Below the pieces are notes generated by a model. The model was not told where the DNA came from and made no database searches. It saw only the letters and a program-made list of their open reading frames with translations. Of a stretch of DNA of 64,000 nucleotides, positions 34,268 to 48,465 are shown in pieces. The translations under genes and the position numbers were made by a program. The first letter of the stretch is position 1. Every line of letters starts with the position of its first letter. This stretch comes from Eledone cirrhosa (lineage: Eukaryota), in assembly GCA_964016885.1 (NCBI GenBank), contig CAXHJY010000049.1, positions 25,349 to 89,348 on the forward strand, written 5' to 3'.

Positions 34268-34719
34268 AAGAGGGGAAGTGAAGTAGGAAAGAGTTACAAA
34301 GGAAGAATCGATCTCACTACTTGACTGGTACTTTTTCTCTCATTCTACTTGTAAATATATACAATTAAATATGAACTTTTGAATCAATAAAATATTTCTT
34401 TTGTTAAATGTTAGAAGCAAAATCTATCGAGGCCAGTCGAAAAGGCGGAAAACCCAACATATTTTCTGTGAGCGTGTGTGTCTATGTATGCGTGTGTATG
34501 TCTGTGTATGCGTGTATATGTATGAATGTGTGTGTGTGTGTGTGTGCGTGTGTGAATGTGTGTGTGTCTTTCTAGTAATGTGATCTAGTTTCGGAATTTA
34601 ACAATAAAAAATTTCACTTCAGAAAGCGGTTGTTATATTAGAAGAATGAATAAAATATTTTCTACTAAGCGTAATTTGATCTGGGCTGAGTGTATGTCGT
34701 AAAACGTGACTCATATTAC

Positions 34720-35170
34720 ACCATCACGTCCCTCAACCCAGGAACTTGAGGGTGTATTAAACCGGGTAACAGGCTCAGACTCAACGAAATACAGCCAGGA
34801 ACTGGATAGATGGATTAAACCAGTGAACAAAGTGGACTCTACCAAACATACAATAACTGGGTGTTTTTTCTTAAATATATTACATTCTACCATAGGCACC
34901 TAAGAACTGGAAGTTCGGAGTGTTTTAAGCCGGGACCCAGGAACAGGATAGATGTATTAAACCAGTGAGCAAATAGACACCTACGAACTTGGTGGGCGTA
35001 TAATTAAACCCAAGAACTTTGGGGTGTTTTAGACCGGGACCCAGGAACTGGTTAGATGTATTAAACCATATAGCAAAGTGGACTCTTCCAAACACATCCA
35101 AGAAATGTGTGAGTGCATTAAACCAGACAACAAAGGCAACCAAGAACGGGGTAGCTGTATTAAACTGGGA
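34720..35170. repeat. Degenerate composite tandem repeat (ACCCAGGAACTGGATAGATGTATTAAACC motif)
   Basis: The motif GTATTAAAC(C) and close variants recur about 7 times with flanking similarity. Confidence 0.6.
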
Positions 35171-35175
35171 AGGGT

Positions 35176-35336
35176 CAGTGCCAGATTATCGTTTTGCCTA
35201 GGTGTGATTAAGCACACGGCCCCTGCCAAAACATTTTTTATGATGAATTTTTCAAATGCTTCTCCAACGTCAAACCTTCAAAGGGGCCTGATAACCTAAC
35301 TAGCGCAGGGCCTCATTTGTCCCAAATCCGGCATTG
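35176..35336. mobile_element. hAT-like MITE, second copy
   Basis: CAGTGCCAGATT...AATCCGGCATTG; shares GGGGCCT.ATAAC.TAACTAGC..AGGGCCTCATTTGT with the 33654 copy. Confidence 0.65.
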
Positions 35337-36248
35337 GCAACAGTCTGCACTCTACCAAAGGAATCCCAAGAATTTGGTGGGTGTATTAAACCGGACAAAT
35401 ATTGAGTGGCATGCACTGTAAATGTAATTCCGATTGATTTCTATTGCCAATGGAATCGATTTTGACTTAATATCTTCTACAATAGAGGTAGTGAATTGAC
35501 AGAGTTGTTAGAACGTCAAATAGGTTTTCTGGTTTTGTTTGTCACCCTGCGCTTTCAGTTCAAATCCCGCCGAGGTCAACTTTGTATTTAAACCATTCGA
35601 GGTCGATAAAAAAAGCACCAGTCACACACACACACACACAGACACATCGATTGACAAGATCCCAGACCTCATTCGCATACCGATCGGAGTGGAACTCCTT
35701 AGGTCTTTCCAATGCTGATACTATCGGCCAGTCGCAATTCCTGGCAGAACATACACACAGACACACAGACATACACACACACGTCCGATGAATTTTTGAT
35801 TCCAGAGTCGGACCCGATCGATAAAATTGGAACCTTGAACTGATAATTCACGAAACGCGCGTCACATCTCAATAAATGTAATAAAAATTTAAAACGTCGT
35901 CCATAAAGCACCAGTAATGCACTGTGGGTAATTGCTGGCCTTGCGCCAAACATTATATATATATATATATATAATAGTGAACAGAGGAAAAGAATAACAA
36001 AAACTAAAGTGGACATGGTAGAAATTGTGAATATTAATTAACCACTCTTGAGAAATGAGAAAAGGTTAGTGCTTGACGTTTCGGTTCACGTCCTCCTTTA
36101 GAAGATTACGGAAGAAGAAGAGAGAGAGAGCACGTGTGAATGTTTATTTAATTGCGGGTTGAAAGACGGAAGTGGTTGGCAAGCGTGATTATAGATACAC
36201 ACAGACACACATAGGTATTTACATATATACATGTACACACATACACAC

Positions 36249-36296
<48 letters not shown>

Positions 36297-36649
36297 ATAT
36301 ATATATATATATAAATTCAGCGAGAATCGCATTTCGGCGGGTATAAAAAGTGAAACGAAACGCAAAATCAGAAAGTTACGTTGCAAATGTTCTGTAAGTC
36401 TTAGACATGTTTTATTTACATTAACTTAAATGGTTTCCTGTCCTTCAAAGTTACTTTTGAGATGAGAGAACATGAAGCTATGGTGTAACTGTTCCAGCTT
36501 TGGTGGAACTTCCAAAACCCTTCCGCGTTTGCTATCTGTTTAATATTGGGTTTGATTGGCCGAAAATGGTTACGAGGTCAGACATCCGGACATTACGGTG
36601 ACGTGACAATATAATGATTAAGCACGCCAAAAGTCAAACCTTTTTTGGT

Positions 36650-36790
36650 CCAGTCAGTGTATCATAGGTCAGTTGTCCACTTCCAAGTATATCATAGGTC
36701 AGTTTTGTACCTTCCACTGTCTCATTGGTCAGTGTTGTACCTTCCAGTGTCTCATTGGTCAGTTTTGTACCTCCCAGTGTATCATTGGTA
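36650..36790. repeat. 30-bp minisatellite, ~4.5 copies
   Basis: CAGTGT.TCAT.GGTCAGT.TTGTACCTTC with 30-bp period. Confidence 0.85.
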
Positions 36791-37259
36791 GAAATGATTA
36801 TAATGATTTCTTTTGAATGAAACACTCCTTGTCCTGTAGAAGCCATTTCTATATTAAACCTGATGTTTACACTCTACTAATGTATTGAGTAGTTTACTAA
36901 GTGTGGTTACTCCCGTCGATTGAAACCGGGACTCACACACACATGTATATCTGGTCATCTAATTCCTCATGCCAACAGGCCACTATTCTCCTCCATCTTT
37001 CTGTGTCTCTGGGAAGGGTTGGTGCTTCAAACCAGTTTGTGGTACACCTGCACTGATCATCTTTTAAGGTGGATCTCTAGATCTTTTTTGGCCTCATCTC
37101 TGGTCTTTTCCCGCCAACAATGACATTATTTCAAGTAATGTTTCGAAAATAAGTTTCACTAAAGCTGGCTCTCAACGAAGCTTAAGATAACAGAGATATA
37201 TTCACAGTCAAGGGCTAACTATCATTTATGAATGTAAGATATTGGTGCGTGTGCAAATT

Positions 37260-37380
37260 GTGAAGGCACGTAGCTTCCTGATAAGAGAATTGGATTTGCA
37301 ATTGTGAGGTCGCGAGTTCGCTTCCCTGACAGGGCGATGTGTTATGTCTTTGAGGAATACACTTTATGTTACGTTACTCG
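37260..37380 (+). mobile_element. Second tRNA-head SINE family (CORE-like), partial
   Basis: GTGAAGGC...GAGTTCG...GTGTTATGTCTTTGAG...CACTTTAT; homologous to 56336-56456 (-) and 54471 (+). Confidence 0.65.
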
Positions 37381-37472
37381 CCCTGACACGACTTGTTTCT
37401 TATCTGACGACCTTTTGCTTTTCAGCTCTCCCGAGAGTTGCTTACCACTGAATAAAATTTGTATGTGTGAAT

Positions 37473-37509
<37 letters not shown>

Positions 37510-37518
37510 ACAAGATAT

Positions 37519-37558
<40 letters not shown>

Positions 37559-37682
37559 TGGAATGTATGTATACATGATGTTGGTCTGTGTGTGTGTAAT
37601 ATTGGTAAAATTATGAAATATATGAGAAATAATTAAACAATTTTTCTTATCCACTGACTTTTTATTCTACTTCACAATGTAG

Positions 37683-37903
37683 GGCAGTTGGTAGTCCTCT
37701 TGATATGGATCCAAACGCAATATGCCGCAAAAGCCGGCGACTTGAAGGAAAACAACGAAGAATTTGCAGAAAAGAGCAAGAAATTGTCCGTGAGATAGCA
37801 AAAGGTGCTAAGTTAGCACTGTCTGAATGCCAATATCAATTTGCAGCACGCCAATGGAATTGTACCACAGCGAGACGGTCTTTTGGAAAAATATTACGTC
37901 GTG
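37683..37903 (+). CDS. Wnt6: Wnt6 exon 2
   Basis: AG acceptor at 37681-82. Encodes (W)AVGSPLDMDPNAICRKSRRLEGKQ...ECQYQFAARQWNCTT...ILRR; AVGSPLxMDPxxICRK is Wnt6-diagnostic. Donor GTAAGA at 37904, phase 1. Confidence 0.96.
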
Positions 37904-38109
37904 GTAAGATCTTTTTTACTAAGCTTTTTTTGCAAACTCTTTCGTTGTTATATTTCTAATGAAAAAAATGCAGTAGATTGGCAGAATCGGTAGATCGCCG
38001 GACAACATACTACACGACATATAGTTGCGCCCGTATAACTTTCTAATTTTTAAATCCTGCCGAGATTAGTTTATATTTAATTGGCAGTAGCACTAAGAGT
38101 TAGAGTTAG

Positions 38110-38251
<142 letters not shown>

Positions 38252-38557
38252 CCCGGTTCAATCGGGGGTAACCACAGTTAGTAAGGTACCCAATATATTA
38301 GTAGAGTGTAAACATCAAGTTTAATATAAAAATGGCTTTTACAAGACTAGAACTGTTTCATTCAAAAGAGAAGCAGAATGAACCACAATACAGGACTGGT
38401 ACGTTTTGTATCGCCCTCGAAAGGATGGGAAGCAAAGTTGACCTGGAAAGGATTTAAACTTAGAGTTTCGTGGAGTCAGAATTAAAACCACACAGCTTAT
38501 TATTCGTTGTTCTAACAACTCCGCCAATTTGACGCCTACTCCACTTGTGCCATGTAG

Positions 38558-38932
38558 TTCTCCCTGTCGGACGGGGAGATCTCCCACCCACTTTGGGGTG
38601 GGTGAGAGATGTCTTTTCTTGTGAAAATAGTTATAGCTTTCATTATGTAAAACGGCGGTGGATTGGCAGTATCGGTAGAGGGTCGGACGCCATGCTTTCC
38701 AGCATAGTTACGTCCTTTTACGATCTCAGTTCAAATCCCGCCGAGGTTGACTTTGCCTTTCATCCTTACGGGGTCGATAAAATAAAGTACCAGTAATGCA
38801 CTGGGTAATTGCTGGCCTTGTGCCTAAAGTAGAAACAATTATGTAAAATGTCCCCATTTTGCCTTCATTTCTCCCCATTTCGAGGCACCTTTTTTATGGT
38901 AACCCCACCCCCGTTTAGCATTGGCAGGTCTG
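38558..38932. mobile_element. MITE (31966 family, inverted) interrupted by a SINE
   Basis: GGAGATCTCCCACCCACTTTGGGGTGGGT...TTGGCAGGTCTGC is the reverse complement of the 31966 copy. Confidence 0.75.
38653..38837 (+). mobile_element. Full-length SINE nested in a MITE, 11-bp TSD
   Basis: TSD ATTATGTAAAA at 38642-52 and 38838-48. Confidence 0.92.
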
Positions 38933-39864
38933 CGTGGCCGAGTGATGCTGGTGGTTAAACTATTTTACCTCCCTTAATAATTGATTTGTTGGCAAAAAAT
39001 CGAATATTTTGTCTCTTGTACTCCTTCCGCTTTACGAACACGTCGTTTGGAGAGAAACTACTGCAATACGGTTTGAATTTAAATTGTCAGACGCTCGGCT
39101 AACAGCAATAAGGGTTTAAAGAGATATTTTAATTCTATTTTCGCCAAGTACAGAATTCAACCAAACGAAATTAGCATCTTTATACATTTTTATAGTTTAT
39201 TAAATGCTTTGAAGAGGTCCTTATTTAGACCAAATGTCTAGATTTCGTTTCTACCGCAAAATATCAACGTGCTATTCAATATAAGAGCACTTTCAACACA
39301 CATGTGCAACACATTTTACGAACCCCCATCAAAATTATCTAATAGCTATCTTAGCAAACTTGTCGGACCGAAGATCTAAAGGGAAATCTACGCAAACCTT
39401 TAACATATGGCAAGAGTTCATTTCTCTTTAATCTTAGCTTAGAGACCGATGTGTTCAAACCACCGGGAAAAAAAAAAAAATAAAAAACAGAAGGAAAAAT
39501 CCAAATAAAACAGTTAATATCATTTGAAACTAAACTTGTTAATTTTCTTTACATAGTATATCAGTTTCAAAGTAAATGCTTCCACTTATAAACGGGTATG
39601 AATGTTTTTATGAACTTTCTGATCTAAATCTTCCAAGGTGTATTTCAAATCGCTAGCTATGTGTGTGTATGGGGGTGGGGGACTTTCGTTGTTGCTTGTT
39701 TTTTTTTTGCTTTTGTTTTCCTTTTTACTTTTAGCGTTTTGAGATAACATATTTGTGATACAAACAAACGTACAAGTATTTCGTGTAAACAATTTGTCTC
39801 GTCCACAAAGCCAGATCTATCGGAGATCTACAACCAAAGGCGAACCTCGGCTCCTTTGTACTGT

Positions 39865-40405
39865 ATTTTTGTCAGACCAAATTAAACATTCCCTCAACTA
39901 CGACCCTTTATCTGACCAAATTAAACATTCCTCCAACTACGACCCTTTGTCTGACCTAATTAAACATTTAGCGAACTATTGTTTGTTTTTATTTTGAAAC
40001 GTTTCTGCTTCACATTTGAAAAGTGGGTTTTAGCCCTGAAATATACTGGGTAAAACATTACTTTGTTTTGTTTTATCTGTCATCCTTTGCCCTTTATATA
40101 TTTTTACCGCAATGTACCGGTTCTTTTTACTGTGATTTTGTCTGACCAAATTAAAGAACTAGCAAACTACAAGCCTTTTGTATTGATTTGTAAGACCAAA
40201 TTAAACACTTAACTAGCTATAAACCTACTGTATTGTGTTTTGTCTGACCAAATTAAACACTTAACTAGCTATAAACCTACTGTATTGTGTTTTGTCTGAC
40301 CAAATTAAACACTTAACCAGCTATAAACCTACTGTATTGTGTTTTGTCTGACCAAATTAAACACTTAACTAGCTATAAACCTACTGTATTGTGTTTTGTC
40401 TGACA
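39865..40405. repeat. TCTGACCAAATTAAAC minisatellite (39-bp units, then 52-bp units)
   Basis: 52-bp period at 40243/40295/40347; shorter 39-bp units at 39870-39975. Confidence 0.85.
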
Positions 40406-41114
40406 AACTAAGATTGTACTTTTTATGGCCAAATATAAAGGAATGTTATTTAACAAATTTCAGTTGAATTAAATAACAAAAGGGGGACGAGCAGACCCTA
40501 ATTCCCAGCCCAGGTGGTATATCTCCTCTACACCCTACACTAGGTGGTATATCTCCGCTATACCCCAGACTAACTAGTTTCTTACTGAATCTATCCTATT
40601 TATATAATATAACCACGATGTAAATGACAGGAGTAATGAGGGAGAGAGTATGTGGTAAAATAGTGCGCTAGAAATAGCAGCCTTATCACCTTCAAATTCC
40701 ATCATACCAACATAATAGGGGAACGACAGATTAAATTTATTTTGGGTATCATGAACGCCGTTATGACGTGGACAGTTGTAACGAAACACTGGCAGGAGTT
40801 GTGGGCCTTTAGTCTTCAGTGAGAGAAGAAATGCCGTTGGTGATGGGTGGAGGGTGGTGTTCAGGGGGGGGGGGGGGTATCTATAGGTTTAATCTCTTGT
40901 ATTGAGATGATTGAAAAGATCGAATAGCTATCATGATAAACATACATATATACGTATCTGTATAGTCATATTCATACATATACACACATATATATATATA
41001 TATATACACATGGTTATTTACACACGCACGCATACGCTCACATCTATACACACATGCATACACACACACACACATATATATGGTTATTTACAAAGGCACA
41101 CATGCTCGAACATG

Positions 41115-41140
<26 letters not shown>

Positions 41141-41145
<5 letters not shown>

Positions 41146-41320
41146 AAGGAATTGTGGTAAGGAACCAGATGGACCATAACGCACCAGAGTACTCAATACT
41201 TAGGGTAATAGAGTGGGAAATAGGAAAAAGTATGACCCCGACGGCAGAGGTCAAGCTGTTTCGATGGCTATATAGCCGTCGAAACGGCTTGAGCTCTGCC
41301 GTCGGGGTCATACTTTTTCC

Positions 41321-41323
<3 letters not shown>
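41141..41323 (-). mobile_element. (TA)n-embedded fold-back element carrying the 3' half of a hammerhead motif
   Basis: 52-bp inverted arms at 41220-41323; family copies near 10799, 15709, 33140, 57428, 57664 and 59690. Confidence 0.65.
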
Positions 41324-41356
<33 letters not shown>

Positions 41357-41885
41357 TATGTGTCAGTGAGAGTGTGTGTGTATGTTTGACAGTCCAGAAT
41401 GTCATCATTCACGTGATCTAACGTAGGGCTTGTAATAGTTTCTTGTAGAGTGATTCTTTCTACCATTGTCACAAGGCCAGCTATTTAGGGGAAAGGGAAA
41501 GTCGTTAATATCTCTTGGGCCCCGGGACAATGTACCGGCTGGTGTTCCCTCCCTCCCTCTCATAGGCCCTGTCTATAAAGATATGATCTCGTAACTCCTG
41601 CTGGAGTTGTAGGGGCACAGTATTGACATACGAAGTTTCTTGGGCAATTTTAAAAAAAAAGCCTGGCCTGGTGCAAACCCCCCCCCCCCCTCTCCACGCC
41701 TGAGTAAAGCAGATTTCTTCCAGAGAAGACGAGAAAGAGATATAGAGAAAGAATCGAACTCAGTACCAGACGTATACATTTATTTATTATGTTACGTTCG
41801 ATTACAAAGTAACAAGGTTACACACACACATACACACACACATACATACATACATACATACTACATACATACATACATACATACA

Positions 41886-41916
<31 letters not shown>

Positions 41917-41997
41917 GTGTGTGTATATATAATATACATATATATATATTTATTAAAATAACAGATTAAAGTTTAAGCAAAGAATCGCTGCTTTCAC

Positions 41998-42035
<38 letters not shown>

Positions 42036-42643
42036 AATCCATATTTAATAAATACACCATGTTTTTTATTCATTCTGACGACTGAAGACAGACACAACAT
42101 CTGCCTTCAAGAAACCACTGGTAAATGAAATAATTATCTTATGTTGTTTATTATATAACTAATAAGTTCTGTAGCCTACATAGAGCACTCTTTTTTTCTA
42201 TCTCTCTCGATATACATATATATTAAAAACAATTTAATTGACAAAATAAAAAATAGATTGAGAAGAAAGAATAGAATGTAAAATAAAAATATAAAAAAAA
42301 AATCCGAAAGGGAAGGCGGGTATGTTTTTATTATCGTCCTCGAAAGGTTGAAAGTCAGAGTTGAACTCAGGGAACAGAGACCCGGAACGAATGCTACAAA
42401 GAATTCTATCTGACATTCTCACAACTCTGAAAGCACAATCTGTCTCCTACACCACCCTTCAGGGAAACGCCTCTCTTTTGTCCGCCGGAGCCGCAGCGCG
42501 GCCAACGCGTGGGACCCCATTTGCTCATAAAAGTGAGAGATGGGGAGAGCAGGAGGCAGTGACAGTGGGAGTTTGGTTCATTTGTGTTCGGACCTGGTGT
42601 GTCTAGATATATTGTTGCCAGGTTTTGTTGACATAAAAAAAGT

Positions 42644-43187
42644 CACAAGGCCAGCAATTGCAGCGGAAAGGGAAAGTTGATTAAATCAACCTCAATCCTT
42701 AACTGCTACTTTATTTTAGCGACCCTAGAATGATGAAAGGCAAAAGTCGACCTCTGTGGGATTTGAACTCAGAATGTAAAGAACCAGAACACATATCACA
42801 AAGCTGTTACACAACCTACCGCCACATAACATTGATATAATAATAGTTTCTGATTTAGGCACAAGGTCAACAATTTTGGGGGAGGGGAAAGTCGATAAAA
42901 TCGACTCCAGTGCGTTACTGGTACTTTATTTTATCGACCTCGTAAGAATGAAAGGCAAAGCTAACCTCGGCAGGATCAGTGCTTATATAATGCTTTATGT
43001 CTCCTAGTCTGAATACAGCAGCCACCTTTCAGAGAAAAACAGAGAGTGGGGGAATGGAGGAAGAATCGCATCCCAGTATTGACCTCGAGTGGATGAAAGG
43101 CAAAATTGACCTCGGCGAGATTTGAACTCAGAGAGCAGAGGCGGAAAGAAATATCACAAAACATTCTATCCGACGTTCTAACGATTG
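42644..43187 (-). mobile_element. Cluster of three SINE copies/fragments
   Basis: Family body at ~42644-42825, 42845-42975 and 43078-43187. Confidence 0.8.
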
Positions 43188-43910
43188 TTCACTATATGAA
43201 AACATTTAATTGATTTCTCAAAATATTCAGCGAAATGATTTACTCAATTAAATATTAATTAAAATTAGTTGAGCTTATATTTAATTTATTTTATTTTTCT
43301 GATTAAAACATTCGAAGTTCGAATTAGTACAAACTTGATCATAAAATAGAATCTGTTGTATATATATATATATATATATATAGCACCGTAACTTCTGGCG
43401 GAGTCGTAGTGTCACCATAGAGACATTTACAATGTCTCAGGGATTTTAAACCTGGCGGAGCCCAACCCTTTCCCCCATTGAAACAGCCGATTTCTTCCAG
43501 AGAGAGGGGGAGGGGAGAAAGAGATGCAGAGGAAAAATCGGCTCCAGTACTAAAAACTGGTATTTCTAGAAAAGGAGAATGAGAGAGAAGTGAAAAAGAG
43601 ATATAGAGGAAAAATCGATCCCAGTACTAAACTGGTACTTTATCAACCTTGAAAGGATGAAAGGCAAATTTGACCTCAGAGCCAAAAGGAATTCAGTAAA
43701 TCATTCTAACCGATGTTTTAACTACTATTAATTCGCCACAGCAGATTCTATTTACTACAAACAATAATAAAAGTAATAGTAATAGCGTATTTTGTACAAA
43801 ATCTTTCAAACAAAATAATCTTTATCAATGATCTAATTTTGTCCCGTTTGTATCTTTTGCATTATACCAAAAACATCAAATGTATATAGACAGCAATAAG
43901 TATAAAAATA

Positions 43911-44014
43911 CAGGGTGTCCCCCCAAAATATATACACACACTTCAACAGCATTCTAACAAATATTGCCTGTACAGGTTATCAAAGTATGTATACATTTTT
44001 TTAGGAACACCCTG
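43911..44014. mobile_element. Tc1/mariner-type MITE with TA TSD
   Basis: TA|CAGGGTGTCC...GGAACACCCTG|TA. Confidence 0.85.
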
Positions 44015-45096
44015 TATTTATAAATAATAAATCTAGTTATGAGCATCATAATAAGTGAAAGAGTCATAAATCTTATTTACCTTGTAATGTTTCTTATTTC
44101 GTCGTTAGTATTTGGTTTGGTGTTGGTAATTTTTGCACTGGAGTGGTAGTAATTTCAGGAAGCTGGTGTGGATGTGAAACATTTCTTTAAAAGAATTTTT
44201 TTATGTTTAGCCTTGTAAGAATATATATATATATATATATATATATTTGTGTACTAAAAGAGTGAGAATTTGCAGAGTCAGGAAAGATATTTAATTAATG
44301 CCATGATGTATCCAAACTTCGGTATTTCATTGTCCTGAATTGAAAACGAAAACGTTTACAAGTTCAGCTATTTATTCTGTTGATCCGTGTAGAGGAGTCG
44401 GGAGGGTCAGAAATATTGGTCCCAATAGAATATTTCTCAATATAATTGAAGATAATGGTCCCTTCTCAAAAGAAAAGAAAAAACCTTGCATTCTCTGTAC
44501 TCAAGAATTTTTTTCCTGGACATTTCGTGAAGTATTCTTTTGTTCCAGATTTCGTACTTGTAATATTCCAGATTAGAAACGCAATACTGATGAATGAATC
44601 AGAAGATTTCTTAACTAAATATTATAAGTTGGTTGCTCTATTTTGTCTTGGTGGTTCCATAAAGTAAATATATTAAGCTGTGGAGATGTTCTTCCTTTAG
44701 TATAATGACAGATTGTTGTTCCTTTAGTATAAATGCAGATAAATAGATACCTAGATAGATAGATACTTTGTGTTGTAATATTGAACGACATGAAACATAG
44801 TGCCACATAAGAAAGCTAAGAATATCTGCTTCCAAGAGAATCTTTGAAAGAACTGAAGGCAAAGAAAATAATGCTTTTCTTTTTTCTGTTTTCTTTTTTT
44901 TTTCTTTTAAACTCATTTCTTAATAAATCTAGAGCAAAATTCGAAAAGTATATTCACAGGAATCTAGTGTGTAAGCATCAAAGGCAACGTTTCACAATTG
45001 TGAGAAATCAAATTTACATCTACTTCCTTTGCAAAACATCTTTACACGGATTAGGTTATTTTTCATTTTTTTTTCTATTTTTTTAATATATGTATA

Positions 45097-45136
<40 letters not shown>

Positions 45137-45504
45137 TTATATATTTCTTTATTTATTTTATTATTTAAAAGCAAATGACCACGTCATGGTTTGCCTACTA
45201 AAACAACTTGTCGGAGCGGGGGGTGTTAGCGCGTAACAGAGATAAAGTACTACAAAGAAAGTAGGAAAAGATCTAAGCAAGACTAGGTAAATTTGAGATA
45301 TACACATCAGAGAAACCGCAAACGTCAAGAAAAAAAAATCACTTTTATCTTTTTCCGTCTCCCTTTCTTTACACTTTCTTCTACTGCATCTGGGATCAAA
45401 CGCTAGTATTTTCGTATATATTCACATGAAGATATTCAAATTTATACGCACATATATACGAATGCATCTTAAACACACATACATACATGAACATGTGAAT
45501 ATAT

Positions 45505-45592
<88 letters not shown>

Positions 45593-45691
45593 GTGTATAT
45601 ATATATATATATATATGTGTATATATATGTATATATATATATATGTATATACATATATGTATATATATGTATATATATATATGTATATACA

Positions 45692-45741
<50 letters not shown>

Positions 45742-46540
45742 CATATATACATACATACATATACATACATACAGACACAAGCATACACACATATAGTGAG
45801 CACACACGCATATACTTGAGAAGTTATGAAAAACGTGTGTTTGTGAGAGCGGAACATCAAAGGATATGTATGCAAGTACGTATTATATATATATATATAT
45901 TTGTGTATGTATATAATATATATTACATACATACATACACATATGTCATCATATAGTCTCATTCATAGTTGAGCCTGCGCATCCAAGTAAATGTTGCCAT
46001 AGAAAATACAAGCACACCAATTACACACATATACACACACATATATATATACACATACATATATACACCTACATATATACACATATACATATATACATAT
46101 ATATACACACTCCAAATTTAAGCTTTCAACAGTATCATATTTTACTGCTTGTTTTCAACCCAGAAATCTTTGGTTATATTTACCAGAGAATACACACAAG
46201 GGGATTGTTTGTTTTACTATTATTATTATTATTACTATTTTTTTTTATCATTATTATTATTATTATTATTATTTTTATATTTTACCTTTTTTTATATTTT
46301 TTTTTATTAGGTTTCTTATTTTATTTTATTTTTAAGTTATTTATTTATTTTTTGCTTGTGTTTTTATCAAGTTGCCCCCTTCATCCTATTTCTAACTCTC
46401 AGATCTCCTTGAAAAACGGCAGTTTAGACGTAGTTTAGTTAATATTAACCGAAACAGACTCGACAACAGCTGTGGAAGGAACTTTGAAGAATATTTCCGA
46501 AAGGAAAAAAAAAATTAGTTAATTTTTCACCACCACCACC

Positions 46541-46576
<36 letters not shown>

Positions 46577-46709
46577 CCCTTTTTAGTAAATTAACAATTT
46601 TCTGATATCTTTTTCCCAATTTTTTATTTAATAGTCTGAGTGTATATATGTGTGTATATGTGATGATGTGTATATAGATCTGTATATGTATATATGTATG
46701 TATGTATGT

Positions 46710-47265
46710 ATATATATATATATATATGGTATATATATATATATATATGGTATATATATATATATATATATATATGGTATATATATATATATATATGGTA
46801 TATATATATATATATATATGGTATATATATATATATATATATGGTATATATATATATATGGTATATATATATATATATGGTATATATATATATATATGGT
46901 ATATATATATATATATATATGGTATATATATATATATATATATATATGGTATATATATATATGGTGCATATATATATATATGGTATATATATATATATGG
47001 TATATATATATATGGTATATATATATATATATATGGTATATATATATATGGAATATATATATATATATGGTATATATATATATATATGGTATATATATAT
47101 ATATATATATGGTATATATATATATATATATATGGTATATATATATATATATATATGGTATATATATATATATGGTATATATATATATATATATGGTATA
47201 TATATATATATATATATGGTATATATATATATATATGGTATACATATATATATATGGGTATATAT
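46710..47265. repeat. (TA)n array punctuated by TGG
   Basis: Repeating unit (TA)4-10 TGG. Confidence 0.92.
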
Positions 47266-47398
47266 ACACACATGCTTATGGTATATACATAACTATAATA
47301 TATATATATATTATAGTTATGTATATGCCATAAGCATGTGTGTATATACCATAAGTATGTGTGTATATATAGACATATATATATATACCATAAGTATG

Positions 47399-47496
<98 letters not shown>

Positions 47497-47734
47497 ATTT
47501 AGCTTTGAATGTGTGAACGTTTTTTTATGTCATTTTAAATGATCTTATTACTTGAGATGTCTATTCATTGATTGTTATCGTAATCTTACCAAATTCCCAA
47601 CAGGGAAATTCTCGATGTTTTTCACACACATGTAAATACCAAAGACTTATTCCTTATTTCTCACACTTACCAATTCCTTCTCACTCTAATTTGCTGAGAT
47701 TCTTCACTAAAATTCATTTGTATTTGATATTGGG

Positions 47735-48465
47735 TTCTGATTTTAAGGCACAAGGCAAACCATTTTCTTAGCAAAGGAGAGTCGATTAAATCGACACCAG
47801 TGCATTACTGGTACTTTATTTTGCCTTCTTCTTCTCCTTCTTCTTCTTCTTCTTCTTCTTCTTCTTCTTCTTCCCCAGTACATTACTGGTATTGTATTTC
47901 ATCGACCCCGTAAGGATGAAAATCAAGGCCTGGCGTGGTTAACTTAGCCTTAAAATCCTTACGAGGTTGATAAATTAAGTACCAGTAATACACTGGGTCA
48001 TTTTAATCGACTTTTCCCCTCACCTTAAAATTCTGGCTTTGTGCCTAAATAATTCTTAGAGAAAATATCTACAATTTTCTTGTATAACCTATTTTTCTTT
48101 TCTTCCATATTGGAACTCAATTTTTATTTATCTTTTGGATTGACAGAACCGGTAGAGCGTCGAACACCATGCTTCGTGACATGGCCCTTTAAGTTCTGAG
48201 TTCAAATCCTGCCGAGTTTAGCTTTGCCTTTCATCCTTCCGAGGTCGATAAACTAAAGTACCAGTAACGCACTAGGTCGATTTTAATCGAGTTTTACCCC
48301 CAGAAAATTGCTGGCCTTGTGCCTAAATCAGAAACTATTATTATATTATTATCGAGTTCAAATCCCGCCGCGGTTAACTTTGCCTTCTATCCTTACGGGG
48401 TCGATAAAATAAAGTACCAGTAATGCACTGAATAATTGCTAGCCTTGTGCCAAAAGTAGAAGCAA
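47735..48465. mobile_element. SINE cluster in both orientations
   Basis: Minus fragment at 47735, palindromic chimera at 47875-48050, plus copies at 48138-48336 and 48352-48465. Confidence 0.8.

Noticed and set aside
37705-37959. ORF-track start at Met 37705 and read-through past 37903
   Set aside because: Internal Met of exon 2; the real boundaries are splice sites at 37683 and 37903.
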